This document shows, one piece after another, positions 49,251 through 60,600 of a stretch of DNA of 64,000 nt (within the stretch, counting starts at the first letter, position 1; each line of letters opens with the position of its first letter). The DNA is from a bacterium. Lineage in GTDB: Bacteria > UBP6 > JAFGXH01. The translations under genes were made by a program, and so were the position numbers. The stretch lies in assembly GCA_027064085.1 (NCBI GenBank), contig JAMOQH010000126.1, forward strand, positions 5,040 through 69,039. The letters are read 5' to 3'. Under the pieces are notes generated by a model. The model was not told where the DNA came from. It worked only from the letters and a program-made list of their open reading frames with translations, and searched no databases.

Positions 49251-50963
49251 TCAAGACTTTTCAAGGCTTGATTTACCCAATTCTATAAATTTAATTAATC
49301 CTTCTATTGCTATCCAAAGAATAATTACAATTATAATTGAATTAATTACTGTTAAAAAGTATTTTTGTCCATTTAAAAAGTTGATTTCATTATCTATAGC
49401 CGCCCAAACGGTTACTATAGTCATAAAAATTGCAGGAAGCCCCGCTACTAACCATTTTTTACCTCCTTTATCTCTTAAATAAAGAGTGATAATTATTAAA
49501 GCTAGTGCAGATAAAGTTTGATTTACTGCCCCAAATAATGGCCACATAGATAAAGCACCTTTACCATCTGCTCCAGTAATAAATGCTAATAGAGCTGCTG
49601 TAATTACTGCAAATGCTGTTGCAACAAAACGGTTTTTAAATATATTCATTTTTAAGCCAACAAAAAGCTCTGTAACTATATATCTTTGTATTCTAGTTGC
49701 TGAATCAAGAGTAGTTGATGCAAATGAAGCTACAAAAACTCCCATAATTGTCAGAGCAATAAATTGAGGTATTCCTAATGTTGTAATCATATTACTGCTA
49801 CCCATTACAAATGCACCTATTTTTGAACCTAAACCTTTTGCTGCATTCCAAGATTCATAATGATGTTGCCATGCTTCTATGCCATGAAGACCATGAAAGC
49901 CCAAGCCTATTCCACCTGCAACAGCAATTAAAACTAAAATTGCAAGTACTCCTTCCATTAGCATAGATCCATAACCTACAAATAAAGCATCTTTTTCACT
50001 AATCACTTGTTTTGAGCTTGTTCCTGATGAAACCAGTGAATGGAAACCACTGATTGCTCCACATGCTATAGTAATAAATAAAAATGGTAATAAAGGAGGT
50101 GCATCTTTAGGGGCATAATCAAATGCAGGAGCAACAATAGTCATGTCTTTCATGAACACAGCCCCAAAAACACCTAAAATTAGTAAAGTCATTGCTACTA
50201 TTAATTGATAAGCATTAATATAGTCTCTTGGTTGAAGTAAAATTGTAACAGGTAATACAGATGCAATAAATGCATAAATTAATAAAATAATAGTCCAAAT
50301 CCCTGTTGGGGGAATACCAAATATAGATGGCATTTCAAATTTTAAATAATATCCAATAGCAACAGTTGAATACATTGCAATTAAAGCTAAAACAGACCAA
50401 ATAGTAATATTTTTTCCTTTTTTATAAACAAAGAAACCTAGAGTCATAGCTATAGGTATTTGAGCCCAAACAGGAAAAACGGAAGAAGGATAGATTTTAA
50501 AAATAATTGCAATCACTAATCCGAAAATAGCTATAACTATCCATAACTCTAAAAAAACAACAGCAAAAAATAATAATTTCGTTCTATTATTTAAATATTT
50601 TGCAGTATATTCAGAAATACTTTTACCTTCATTTCTCATAGAAATAACAAGAGAGCCTAAATCATGAACAGCTCCCATTACTACAGAGCCTAAAAATATC
50701 CATATAATTGCAGGAAGCCAACCCCATATAACAGCAATTGCAGGCCCTACAATAGGTCCCGTTCCTGCTATAGAGGTATAGTGATGTCCAAATATAATCT
50801 CTTTTTTGGTTGGAACATAATCAACTCCGTCTTCCATAGAAATAGAAGGGGCGATGTTTGATTCAGATAAATTAAATATTTTTTTACTTAAAAATTTACC
50901 ATAAAATCGGTACATGATAACATAGCCTACAAATGGTAAAAGCATTAATAATAAAATATCCAT
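49251..50963 (-). CDS. cstA: Carbon starvation protein A (peptide/pyruvate transporter family)
   Basis: 570 aa polytopic membrane protein. N-terminal LLMLLPFVGYVIMYRFYGKFLSKKIF... matches the CstA family. Confidence 0.75.
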   Translation of the reverse strand: MDILLLMLLPFVGYVIMYRFYGKFLSKKIFNLSESNIAPSISMEDGVDYVPTKKEIIFGHHYTSIAGTGPIVGPAIAVIWGWLPAIIWIFLGSVVMGAVHDLGSLVISMRNEGKSISEYTAKYLNNRTKLLFFAVVFLELWIVIAIFGLVIAIIFKIYPSSVFPVWAQIPIAMTLGFFVYKKGKNITIWSVLALIAMYSTVAIGYYLKFEMPSIFGIPPTGIWTIILLIYAFIASVLPVTILLQPRDYINAYQLIVAMTLLILGVFGAVFMKDMTIVAPAFDYAPKDAPPLLPFLFITIACGAISGFHSLVSSGTSSKQVISEKDALFVGYGSMLMEGVLAILVLIAVAGGIGLGFHGLHGIEAWQHHYESWNAAKGLGSKIGAFVMGSSNMITTLGIPQFIALTIMGVFVASFASTTLDSATRIQRYIVTELFVGLKMNIFKNRFVATAFAVITAALLAFITGADGKGALSMWPLFGAVNQTLSALALIIITLYLRDKGGKKWLVAGLPAIFMTIVTVWAAIDNEINFLNGQKYFLTVINSIIIVIILWIAIEGLIKFIELGKSSLEKS

Positions 50964-50972
50964 AGTTTCTCC

Positions 50973-52130
50973 TTATTTAGCTTTTTTTACTTTTTTTACT
51001 TTTTGCCAGTATTTTTTTACTGCTTTTAGGTGGTCTGCATAATTTGTTGTAAATGTATGAGTGCCATCGTTATTTGATACAAAATACAGATATTTTGTTT
51101 TTACAGGTTTTACAGCGGCTTCTATTGACTTATAGTTTGGATTTCCAATAGGTCCAGGTGGAAGCCCTTTATAAATGTAAGTGTTATAAGGATTTGTTGG
51201 GTCTTCAAGCATTTTTTTGGTAATTCCTGCATGATATTTTGTTGATTTTCTACCTGTTACCTGATATATTACCGTCGGGTCTGTTTGAAGAAGCATGTTT
51301 ATTTTTAGTCTATTGTGAAAAACAGATGAGACTTTAAATCTTTCACTATCAGTTGTTGTTTCTTTACCGATAATTGATGCAATTGTCACAAGCTGATGAG
51401 TGCTCCAGCCTAGTTTTTTTCTTTCTTTGTCGTAATTTTTTATTCTAGTTTTCATACTTTTTACTAATCTATCTAAAACTATTTCAGGTTTTGTCCAGTG
51501 TTTAAATTTATATGTTTCTGGATACAAGTATCCTTCTAATGTTGGTTTATAGTTTTCTCTGTCTTTTGGTATAACATAATCTATGTTATACTTCTTTAAC
51601 ATTTTTTTTGATTCACATAATTTAATAAAAGCTTGTGCCTTTGTAACTTCAGCTTTTTCTAAAAGCAGGGCAATTTCTTGATAAGTGAGATTTTCAGGAA
51701 GAGTTACTTGATATTGTGCTTCTTTTCCTTCTATTAATACCTTTAAAACATCATTAGGTAGTAAATCTGTATAAAATTCAAATTCACCGTTTTTAATTTT
51801 TTTATCCATTGCTTTTAGTCTTACAAATATTACAAAAGACTTAACATCAGTAATAACTTTTTTCTTTTTAAGTAATTTTGCAATTTGCTTTACAGATGTT
51901 TTAGGTATAACAATATTTATTTTTGTATGTTTTGCAGATGGTTTTTTATTTATATATTTAAAAAAATCGCTAGAGCTATATTTTTTTATAAAGAGTAACT
52001 TTAGTACATATTTTAAGTTAGCTCCTTTATTTTCGTTTGAAAATTTACTATATTCTAAGCCAATGTAAGTACTAATTCCTCCAGCAATTAATAAAATTGT
52101 AACTAAGATAATAATTATAATCTTTTTCAT
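50973..52130 (-). CDS. mltG: Endolytic murein transglycosylase MltG (YceG-like)
   Basis: Single N-terminal TM. C-terminal YceG domain (YLYFVSNNDGTHTFTTNYADHLKAVKKY). Confidence 0.7.
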   Translation of the reverse strand: MKKIIIIILVTILLIAGGISTYIGLEYSKFSNENKGANLKYVLKLLFIKKYSSSDFFKYINKKPSAKHTKINIVIPKTSVKQIAKLLKKKKVITDVKSFVIFVRLKAMDKKIKNGEFEFYTDLLPNDVLKVLIEGKEAQYQVTLPENLTYQEIALLLEKAEVTKAQAFIKLCESKKMLKKYNIDYVIPKDRENYKPTLEGYLYPETYKFKHWTKPEIVLDRLVKSMKTRIKNYDKERKKLGWSTHQLVTIASIIGKETTTDSERFKVSSVFHNRLKINMLLQTDPTVIYQVTGRKSTKYHAGITKKMLEDPTNPYNTYIYKGLPPGPIGNPNYKSIEAAVKPVKTKYLYFVSNNDGTHTFTTNYADHLKAVKKYWQKVKKVKKAK

Positions 52131-52546
52131 TTATTCCTCTTTAAATAATCTAAATAATTTTGTAAAAATATTGTTGCAGCTATTCTATCTACATTTTCTT
52201 TTCTTGTCCTTTTAGAAACCTTTCCTATAGTTAGTATTTTTTCTGCAGAAACAGAAGAAAGTCTTTCATCCCAGTAAACAATTTCTATATTAAATTTTTC
52301 TTCTAATAATGAACCAAATTCTCTTACATATTTTGCAAAATGTTCTTCTCTACCTGTTAAAGTTAAAGGAAGTCCAAGTAGTATTTTGCCTATTTGATTT
52401 TCTTTTATTAAGTTTTTTATTATATCAAAATCATTTTCATTATTAGTTCTATGTATGGTTGTTAAGGGAGTGGCTACAGAAATAATAGTATTTGCTTTTG
52501 CAACACCAATTCGTTTAGTTCCTATGTCGAGTGCTAAAATTCTCAA
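52127..52546 (-). CDS. ruvX: Putative pre-16S rRNA nuclease / Holliday-junction resolvase-like YqgF
   Basis: MRILALDIGTKRIGVAKAN RNase H-fold N-terminus. Conserved ruvX-mltG gene neighbourhood. Confidence 0.8.
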   Translation of the reverse strand: MRILALDIGTKRIGVAKANTIISVATPLTTIHRTNNENDFDIIKNLIKENQIGKILLGLPLTLTGREEHFAKYVREFGSLLEEKFNIEIVYWDERLSSVSAEKILTIGKVSKRTRKENVDRIAATIFLQNYLDYLKRNK

Positions 52547-53253
52547 AATATAAATATTACTCCTAATTTAAATCTTAAAAACATATTAAAATCACCATTA
52601 TTTATTTCTTTACCAATTTGAAAATCTTGAGATTCTTCAAAAGCAAAATTATTTGATATAAAGAATTTAAAACCAACTCCCATTGCCAGAGTTGATGGTA
52701 TATAGATAGCATCACTTGTGAAATAAGGATTTAATACTAGTCCTAATTTAATAAATGGTTTCATAAAACGAGTTAATCTAGGTAAATTATATTTTGCACC
52801 ACCTTCAAGATGTAATAAAAAATATTTATCAATTGCGCCTGCTCCAATATTGGCATAAATTGCTAGAGTATTGTAAATCAACCCCGTATTGTATTCAAAA
52901 TCAGAGCTTATAGTAAAAAAGCTGTCTGTTATACCTGAGAATACCGAATTAAAGTTAATTGTTGGAATGATAAAAACTCTACCCATATCTTCGGCTTTGG
53001 GCATGATGAAGTCTTCTTTTTTAACGGGTTCTAACTCATTTTCATTAGGTGAATCATTGTTTTCTTTGGTAGAGGGTTGTTGAGCTTCTTTTTTTTCTTC
53101 TTTAGTTGTAACAACAATATTCTTTTTCTTGTTAGTAGTAGCTTCTTTATTATTTTTTTTGACAGTAGGGACGCTTTTTACTGTATTATCTTCTATCTTT
53201 AAACCAAATATTGTTGTTGAAATTGTGATTATCAAAATAATTAAGTATTTCAT
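52543..53253 (-). CDS. Outer-membrane beta-barrel protein with a Lys/Glu-rich N-terminal linker
   Basis: Signal peptide, low-complexity KKEEKKEAQQ linker, C-terminal beta-barrel strands ending ...LGVIFIF. Confidence 0.4.
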   Translation of the reverse strand: MKYLIILIITISTTIFGLKIEDNTVKSVPTVKKNNKEATTNKKKNIVVTTKEEKKEAQQPSTKENNDSPNENELEPVKKEDFIMPKAEDMGRVFIIPTINFNSVFSGITDSFFTISSDFEYNTGLIYNTLAIYANIGAGAIDKYFLLHLEGGAKYNLPRLTRFMKPFIKLGLVLNPYFTSDAIYIPSTLAMGVGFKFFISNNFAFEESQDFQIGKEINNGDFNMFLRFKLGVIFIF

Positions 53254-53266
53254 ATATCCCTCAAAA

Positions 53267-54301
53267 TTACTGTTGACTTATTTTATAACCTTTTTTTCTT
53301 AAAAGTTCAATTATTCCCTCTTTTCCTATTAAATGTCCGCCTCCAACTACCACAAAATAGCTATTTTTATCTGTTTTTAACATTTTATCCAGTTTTTTAG
53401 CCATATTTATGTTTCTATCAATTAAAAGTTTTTTGTAGTAAATTTTTAATTCAGGATACTTATTGGCATATTTATAGGAAAGGTTTGTAAGAGTTTTGGT
53501 TTTTCCTATTTTCCATTCATTAAACATTTTATCAAGAAGTCCTTGATATTTGTCCCAATCTTTGAGCATTAATTTAATATTTAATATATTTAATTCTTTA
53601 CTAAAACCTGCTAATAAGTCTAATTGGAATTCTCCTGTTTCAAGTTCAAGAATATTTTTATTATCTTTTTTAGCCAATGTTAAAAAGTGTAAGTCAATAC
53701 CTGATTGCGGGTCATAACCTAGTTTTTTCATTTGAAATATTGTTAAACTTAAACTTGCAAGCCAAGGCTTCATTTTATTTATGGCAAGCATAGGCAAACC
53801 TATTTCTGTTGCTCTTTTAGAAAATTCAGCATATAAACTAGATGGTAATACATCTTTTAGTGTTTTATTTTTAAACATTCCTACTTGCATTGTTTTCATT
53901 TGTAAGGATATTTGATCTTTTTGAACATCTACTTCAACAACTAAATTTTTACTATTTTTATATGCATTTGTGATTTTAGAATTTAATGGGTAAAGAGATG
54001 GCTTTGCAACATGTATAGAACCTAATAAGTACATGTTAGATTTACCATTTTCAACTTTCCACATAAAGGTTTTAGTATTTTGCTTTTCTGCTTTCTGCTT
54101 AGAGGCAATCTTTAAATCAACTTTTATATCTTTATTATTATTATTTGTAGTTTTAGTAACTGTAGTTTTTTGTATTTCTTTCTTTGTGTTTAAGTCTTGA
54201 GCAAGGCTTTTTTTGTTACAAGATATAGCTATAAAGGTCAATAATATTAATAGTAGTAATTTTTTCATGTTATCTCCAAATAATTTAACCACTTTTAACA
54301 T
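53267..54301 (-). CDS. TraB/GumN-family protein
   Basis: NMYLLGSIHVAKPSLYPLNSKI...VVEVD and the later GGGHLIG motif are typical of TraB/GumN. Confidence 0.6.
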   Translation of the reverse strand: MLKVVKLFGDNMKKLLLLILLTFIAISCNKKSLAQDLNTKKEIQKTTVTKTTNNNNKDIKVDLKIASKQKAEKQNTKTFMWKVENGKSNMYLLGSIHVAKPSLYPLNSKITNAYKNSKNLVVEVDVQKDQISLQMKTMQVGMFKNKTLKDVLPSSLYAEFSKRATEIGLPMLAINKMKPWLASLSLTIFQMKKLGYDPQSGIDLHFLTLAKKDNKNILELETGEFQLDLLAGFSKELNILNIKLMLKDWDKYQGLLDKMFNEWKIGKTKTLTNLSYKYANKYPELKIYYKKLLIDRNINMAKKLDKMLKTDKNSYFVVVGGGHLIGKEGIIELLRKKGYKISQQ

Positions 54302-54586
54302 ATAATAGATAAAAATGCAAAATTAATAAGAGTCTGCTTTTAAAAGATGTAGCACTTTTACTTGATTTATTATCCTACCCTTATAATTTCCAAAATCTTA
54401 TTGTTTTATGCAATATTACTTAAATTTTAATATTTCCCCTTATTTTTCCTTGGAAAATGCCATAAGAATAAGGCTACAATCTAAGTTTTTCTTAATTTAT
54501 ATCTGTAGTTGCACATTAGTTATATTGCTAATTTTAATTATGAAACAGTAAAATAGCAAATATTGTCAATCAATAGCCCCTAAATC

Positions 54587-54615
54587 TTGACTTTAATAAC
54601 AAATCACAATATACT
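54587..54615 (+). promoter_or_regulatory. Sigma70-type promoter (TTGACT-N17-TATACT) for the giant surface protein
   Basis: -35 at 54587-54592, a 17-nt spacer, -10 at 54610-54615. AGGTG Shine-Dalgarno at 54629-54633. ATG at 54640. Confidence 0.45.
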
Positions 54616-54639
54616 TTTATTATCTTTTTAGGTGTTGTT

Positions 54640-57600
54640 ATGTTGAAATTATTAAATAAATTATATTTTTTTATACTATTACTAACTTTATTTTCTGTCA
54701 ATATTTTTGCTATAGTTGAAGGGACTTATCCCGATAGTACAAATTTGAAAAAATATTCAGTATTTGGTTCTGTTGTAACAACAGGAAATACCATGATGGC
54801 TACAACTCCTCCAGGTAATGTAAATGACATATTACTTTCAGAAAGTAGTGGAGATTTAAAAAATATGCCTTTTGATGCTGAAATTGTATCTGCACATATT
54901 TTTTGGTCTGGATCTCTTGGGCCAAGTTTGTTTGTACCAGATGACAATATAACACTTTTAACTAAAGATAATGATATTCATAATATTCAAGCTGATAGTT
55001 GTAAAGTTGTTACAAATATGGAAGGCTTTTATTATTGTTCTGCAGATATAACTACAACTATTGTTAATCAAAATATTGTAAATTACAATGGTCGTTATAC
55101 TGTTAGTAATTTAAAGGGAGATGTTGGAGATTGCGAAACGAATCCATATATTTGCCAAGCAAAATATGCTGCATGGAGTATGGTTGTTGTTTATAAGTCT
55201 AAGAGTGCAAAGGTAAAAAGGGAAATCTTACTTTATGATAGTTTTTTACATTTAGATGAAAGAGAAGATAGTATAGGTATAACTCATTTTGATATTACAA
55301 ATTTAACAGTAAATAGCCCTGCAAGAGGAGAATTTACTTATTTTGGCCTCGAAGGAGACAGGTTTTTAGGTGTTCCTCCTCAAGATGCTCCTGAAAATCA
55401 ATATCCATGTGACACTTGTTATGATTTTATATCATTAAACAATGTAAAATTATACGATGATTTAAATCCTCCTAACAATATATGGAACTCATCTATTGCA
55501 ACTGCTGTAGATATAGATACTTTTAAAATTGGAAATCAAGGTTTAAATATTTTAAGAAGTGGAACCAATAAGACTATACATGTGAAACTTGGAAGTGGTG
55601 ATGGAATTATTCCGAATGAACACCCTGAAGCAGGTGGAGGAGAATCTGTATTTTTAGGTTATGTGTTGCTTGCTCTTGATACAATTTCGCCTAATTTTAG
55701 AACAACTAATACAAATTTGATTGTTGATAGAACGGTTGCGTCTCAAGGAGATGAATTAACTTATATTTTAACAGTTACTAATGATGGTTCTAAAATTGCT
55801 CATAATGTAATTGTTTCTAATCTTATTCCTCCTGAAACAACTTATGTGGATAATTCAACTTATATAGATGGAGTACTTGCAAGTAACGATATTGCTACTC
55901 CAATGGGATTAAATATTGGCACTATAGATTTTAGAGGCACAAATAATAAAAAAATTATTACTTTTAGAGTAAAAATAAAGTCTACTGCTATTGATGGAAC
56001 TTATGTTTATAATAAAGCAAAAATTATAAGTGATGAAACAATCAATGACCCAAGTTTAACAAATCAAGTTAAAACATTAATAAATGCTCCAGTATTACAA
56101 ACTCCAATATTAACAGTTAGAGACGAAAATGGAGGAAGTTATTTACCTGGAGAATGGGTAGAGTATAGTGTTAAAATTTTAAATAATAGCAATAATCCTA
56201 TATCAAATTTAGTTTATGAAAATACTTTAGGTCTTGATTTTACTCAAATAATGCTTAGCTCTATTCCTTTTAATGCAAGCGATAACTCAAATTTAGCAAA
56301 CAAAAAAATAAGTATTTCATCAATTCAAGTTCCTGCAAGAAGTGCTATTTTTATTAAATATAGAGCTAAAATTAAAACAATACAAGAATATATTGATTCT
56401 GGTACGCCAGAAGATCAAATAAACAATAAAAGTATCTCTAATCAAGGAGAACTATCTATTTCAACAAGGCCAGAACTTATACTTACAGATAATGACAATG
56501 GTGGAAATGAGCATGATCCAACGGTATTTACTATAAAAAAAGAAGTAAATGCGAATTTTTCTGATTCAACTATGACAGTTGAAAATACTAATGGAAGTAG
56601 TGAATTTCATCCTGGAGATAGAGTTAAATATACTATAAAAGTTAAAAATTCAGCAACAGCAACAGTTAATGCTATAAATGTATTAAATGACATAGATGAA
56701 AATTATTTTGAGGAAATTACCGTTAATAATGGTTTTTATGATGGGGATAAATTAACATGGCTCATAGCTTCCTTAGCTCCAAGTGCAGAAACAACATTAA
56801 TTTTTACTGCAAAAATTAAAAAGCCACAAGCTAATGGACTTGTTATTCAAAATCAAGCAAGTATTTTTGTTGCAGGACGCTCAGATTTAACAGATGATCC
56901 AACAACTACCATTTTAGATGATCCAACTAAGTTTACAATTACAGCAAGTTCATCAAATTTTATATTTTCAACTAAAGAAGTAATAGATGAAAATGGAGGA
57001 ACTTATTTTCAACAAGGAGATTATGTTACTTATGTTATAAAAATTAAGAATACAGGCGAAGCCGTAGGGGGAAATTTAACCGTAGAAGATTCAATTAATA
57101 GTAATCTTGTCGATATAGAGGTATTTAATAATGGAGTTTATAATAATAATAAAATAACTTGGAATTATATCAATACCCCAGAATTAGTAAATGTATCAGG
57201 CGAAGTTACTCTTAAATTTAGAGCAAAAATCAAAAGTACAGTAGCAAATGGTACTGTAATATCAAATCAAGCTTTTATTAGTTCTACAGACAGTCCTAGA
57301 ACATATTTAACAGACGATCCAACAACTTCTAGTGTAAGTGATAGTACAAATTTTACTGTTAACTCAGCTGCAGAATTAACAGAATCATATAAAACCTACG
57401 AAGATTTAAATGGTGGTGATATAGAGCCAGGCGATGAGATAAAATATACTATTCAGTTAAGAAATACAGGTAACTTAGAAGTTACAAATATCTCTGTTAT
57501 TGATAATGTAGATACAAATAATCTTGAAAATATTATAGTGGAAGATAATGGAATTTATAGTAATGGCAACATAAATTGGGCAGGTATTACTAGTCTTGCT

Positions 57601-60600
57601 CCACATACAAATTTAGAACTACATTTTACGGCTAAAATAAAAGAAAACACTACTCATAATACAAAGATATCAAATCAAGCTATAATTATGAGTACAGAAA
57701 TACCATTTGCATTCACTGATGATCCAAATACAGCAGAAAAAGACGATGCAACTAGCTTTTTAGTTATGGCAATTCCTGATTTGTCTTTTACTAAAACAGT
57801 TGTAAATACAAATGGAACTACAGAATTTAAAATAGGTGATAGAGTAAAATATACCATTAATATAGTAAATAATTCTTCTTCTGAAACTGGAAATATAACA
57901 ATTACAGATTTAATACCTCGTGATTTAGAAAATGTAACTCTTTCAAGTGGAGGAATACTAAATGGTAATCAAGCATATTTTTATTTACAACCTATAACTT
58001 CTCCTATAGCTTTAACTATAGAAGGTGATATTAAAGCTAGTGGTGAAATATGTAATCAAGCAAGCCTTGAAGATGTGAATTTTAATTATACTATTAACTC
58101 TGACGATCCTAATACCTTAAGTGAAAATGACAGTACTTGTTTTAATGTTATACAAGTTATAAAAGTTGAAAATTTCAAAAAAACATTTACAGATATCAAT
58201 GGTGGTAATATAGAACCTAATGATATTATTGAATATGAATTAAGTTTTGACAATAATAGTGATGTAAGTTTGAACAATTTGGTTATTACAGATAATATTG
58301 ACACTAATTTAACAGATATAAACTTAATAGATGGTGGATATTTTAACGGAAATATTATTACATTTAATTCTTTAAATACTCCTAAATTAGCAAATATTGC
58401 TCCAAACACTAGTGTTATTATTAAATTTAGGGCAAAAATTAAAACTCCACTTGCAAATAATACTGTTATTTCAAATCAAGCAGAATTAAACATTGAAGAT
58501 ATTAACTTAGTTTCTGATAATCCTAATACTCCTATTGAAAATGATGCTACAGAGTTTAATATTGTTTCTTCTCCTAAAATAAAATTTACTAAAGTTGTTA
58601 AAAATGTAAATAACTCAACAGAATATAAACCAAATGATAATGTCATGTATACTATAACTGCTTTAAATACAGGTACAGAAATAGCAAATAACATACTAAT
58701 AAAAGATATATTAAGTAATGATTTAACTAATTTATCAGCATCTCAAGGTAGTTTCAATAATAACGAATTTACATTAAATTTACCTCAATTAAATGTAAAT
58801 CAACCTATAACTATAACAATTAATGCAAAAATCAAAGATAGCGTTAGTAATAATACAGTAATTTCAAATCAAGCTTCTTTAGATAGTGATAATACTAATC
58901 AAATACTTTCTGACGATTCTGATACCCCTATTGCTAATGACCAAACTAAATTTACTGTAACTAGAGAAACTTTGCCTACAAATTTAAAAGCTTATAAAAC
59001 TAGTGATAAAAAAATATATTTTAATAATGATATAGTAACTTATACCATAGAGCTTAAAAATGAAGGGCAAACTACCGTAAATAATATTATTTTAACTGAT
59101 GAATTAAATAGTAACTTAGAATTTATTTCTGCAACAAATAATGCAGTATTTACTAATGGAGTAATAAAATGGGATTACAATACTAGCCCTGATTTGCTGT
59201 CTATTATGCCTAATAACTCGGTAAATATTACTATAAAAGCAAAAGTAAAAAATACTGTTAGTGATTCTACTATTATAGAAAATCAAGCAAGCTTTACATT
59301 TAACAATGAGCCTGAAATTCACCTTACTGACGACCCTAGTACTCCACAATTCGATACAACTAAAATTACTGTTGCTAGTTATGATGTTTCTGATTCAACA
59401 AAAGAGGTTTTTGATTCTAATAATGATGGTGCATTTGTTCCAAATGAGGAGTTAACATATAAAATTACTATTAAAAATAGCTCCAGTATTACAACAATTA
59501 GAGATATAAATGTAGTTGACTATTTTCCATTTTCAAAACTAGATTTATTGGATACTACCGGTTTAATTATCAATGAAACAAGTAAAACTATTACTTTTAC
59601 TCCAGAAAATTTTCCTGAATTACTAGAATTAGCTCCTAATACTAGTGTAGAACTTATATTAAGGGCAAAAATTAAAGATTTAGCCACAAATGGAACTACA
59701 ATAAGTAATCAAGCATTTATTTCATTTAATGGAGAAAATCAAAATATTCCAACAGATGATCCTAAAACTACTGATATAGATGATGCAACTAATTTTAAAC
59801 TTTCTGCAAAAGCAGATTTATCAGATTTTACTAAAACAGTAGCATCAGATAATGGATATTTTCCTAATGAAGAAATCAGATATACCATTAAAGTTAAAAA
59901 TAAAGGAACCGCAAAAGCTAAAAACTTAATAATTACCGATTCTATAGATGATAATCTTGAAATTATAGATGCTCAAGAAGGTGAAATAACAGCTAATAAA
60001 ATATTGTTTCACTATAATAACATTGATACATTAAAAGAGTTAAAGTCAAATGAAGAAGTGTCATTTGTTATCAAAGCAAAGATAAAAGATGGAGTAAATA
60101 ACAATAAAATAATATCTAATCAAGCTATACTTAATTCTGAATCAATTCCTAATTCAGAGCTTAGCGATGACCCAACTACTACCCAAGAAAATGATGCTAC
60201 TATATTTAAAGTAATTAATTCCTCTAAATTATATGCAGAAAAGATAGCAATAGATTTAAATGCGGGTAAAATAGAAATTGGCGATATAATAAGATATCAA
60301 ATAAAAGTATATAATAAAGGTTACAAAACATCTTTTGATACCAAATTATACGATGAAATTCCTTCTTATACTCAATATATAGAAAATTCAACAAAATTAA
60401 ATGATGAAACTGTAGCTGACAATAACGGTGTTGCCCCTTTTATAGATGGAATGGATTTAGGAGATATAGATATTTATGATAATACAGATAATACCGTTAA
60501 AATAATTACTTTTGAAGTTAAAATACTTGATACTGCCCCTGATGGAGCTAAAATAGAAAATCAAGCAAGTATAGAAAATGCAGATGGAGAGAAAGCTGTT

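Noticed and set aside
54726-59349. Minus-strand ORFs 54726-54947, 57675-57857, 58086-58409, 58476-58694, 59116-59349
   Set aside because: They lie antisense within the continuous >3100-aa frame-1 ORF of the DUF11 surface protein and are low-complexity. Spurious.
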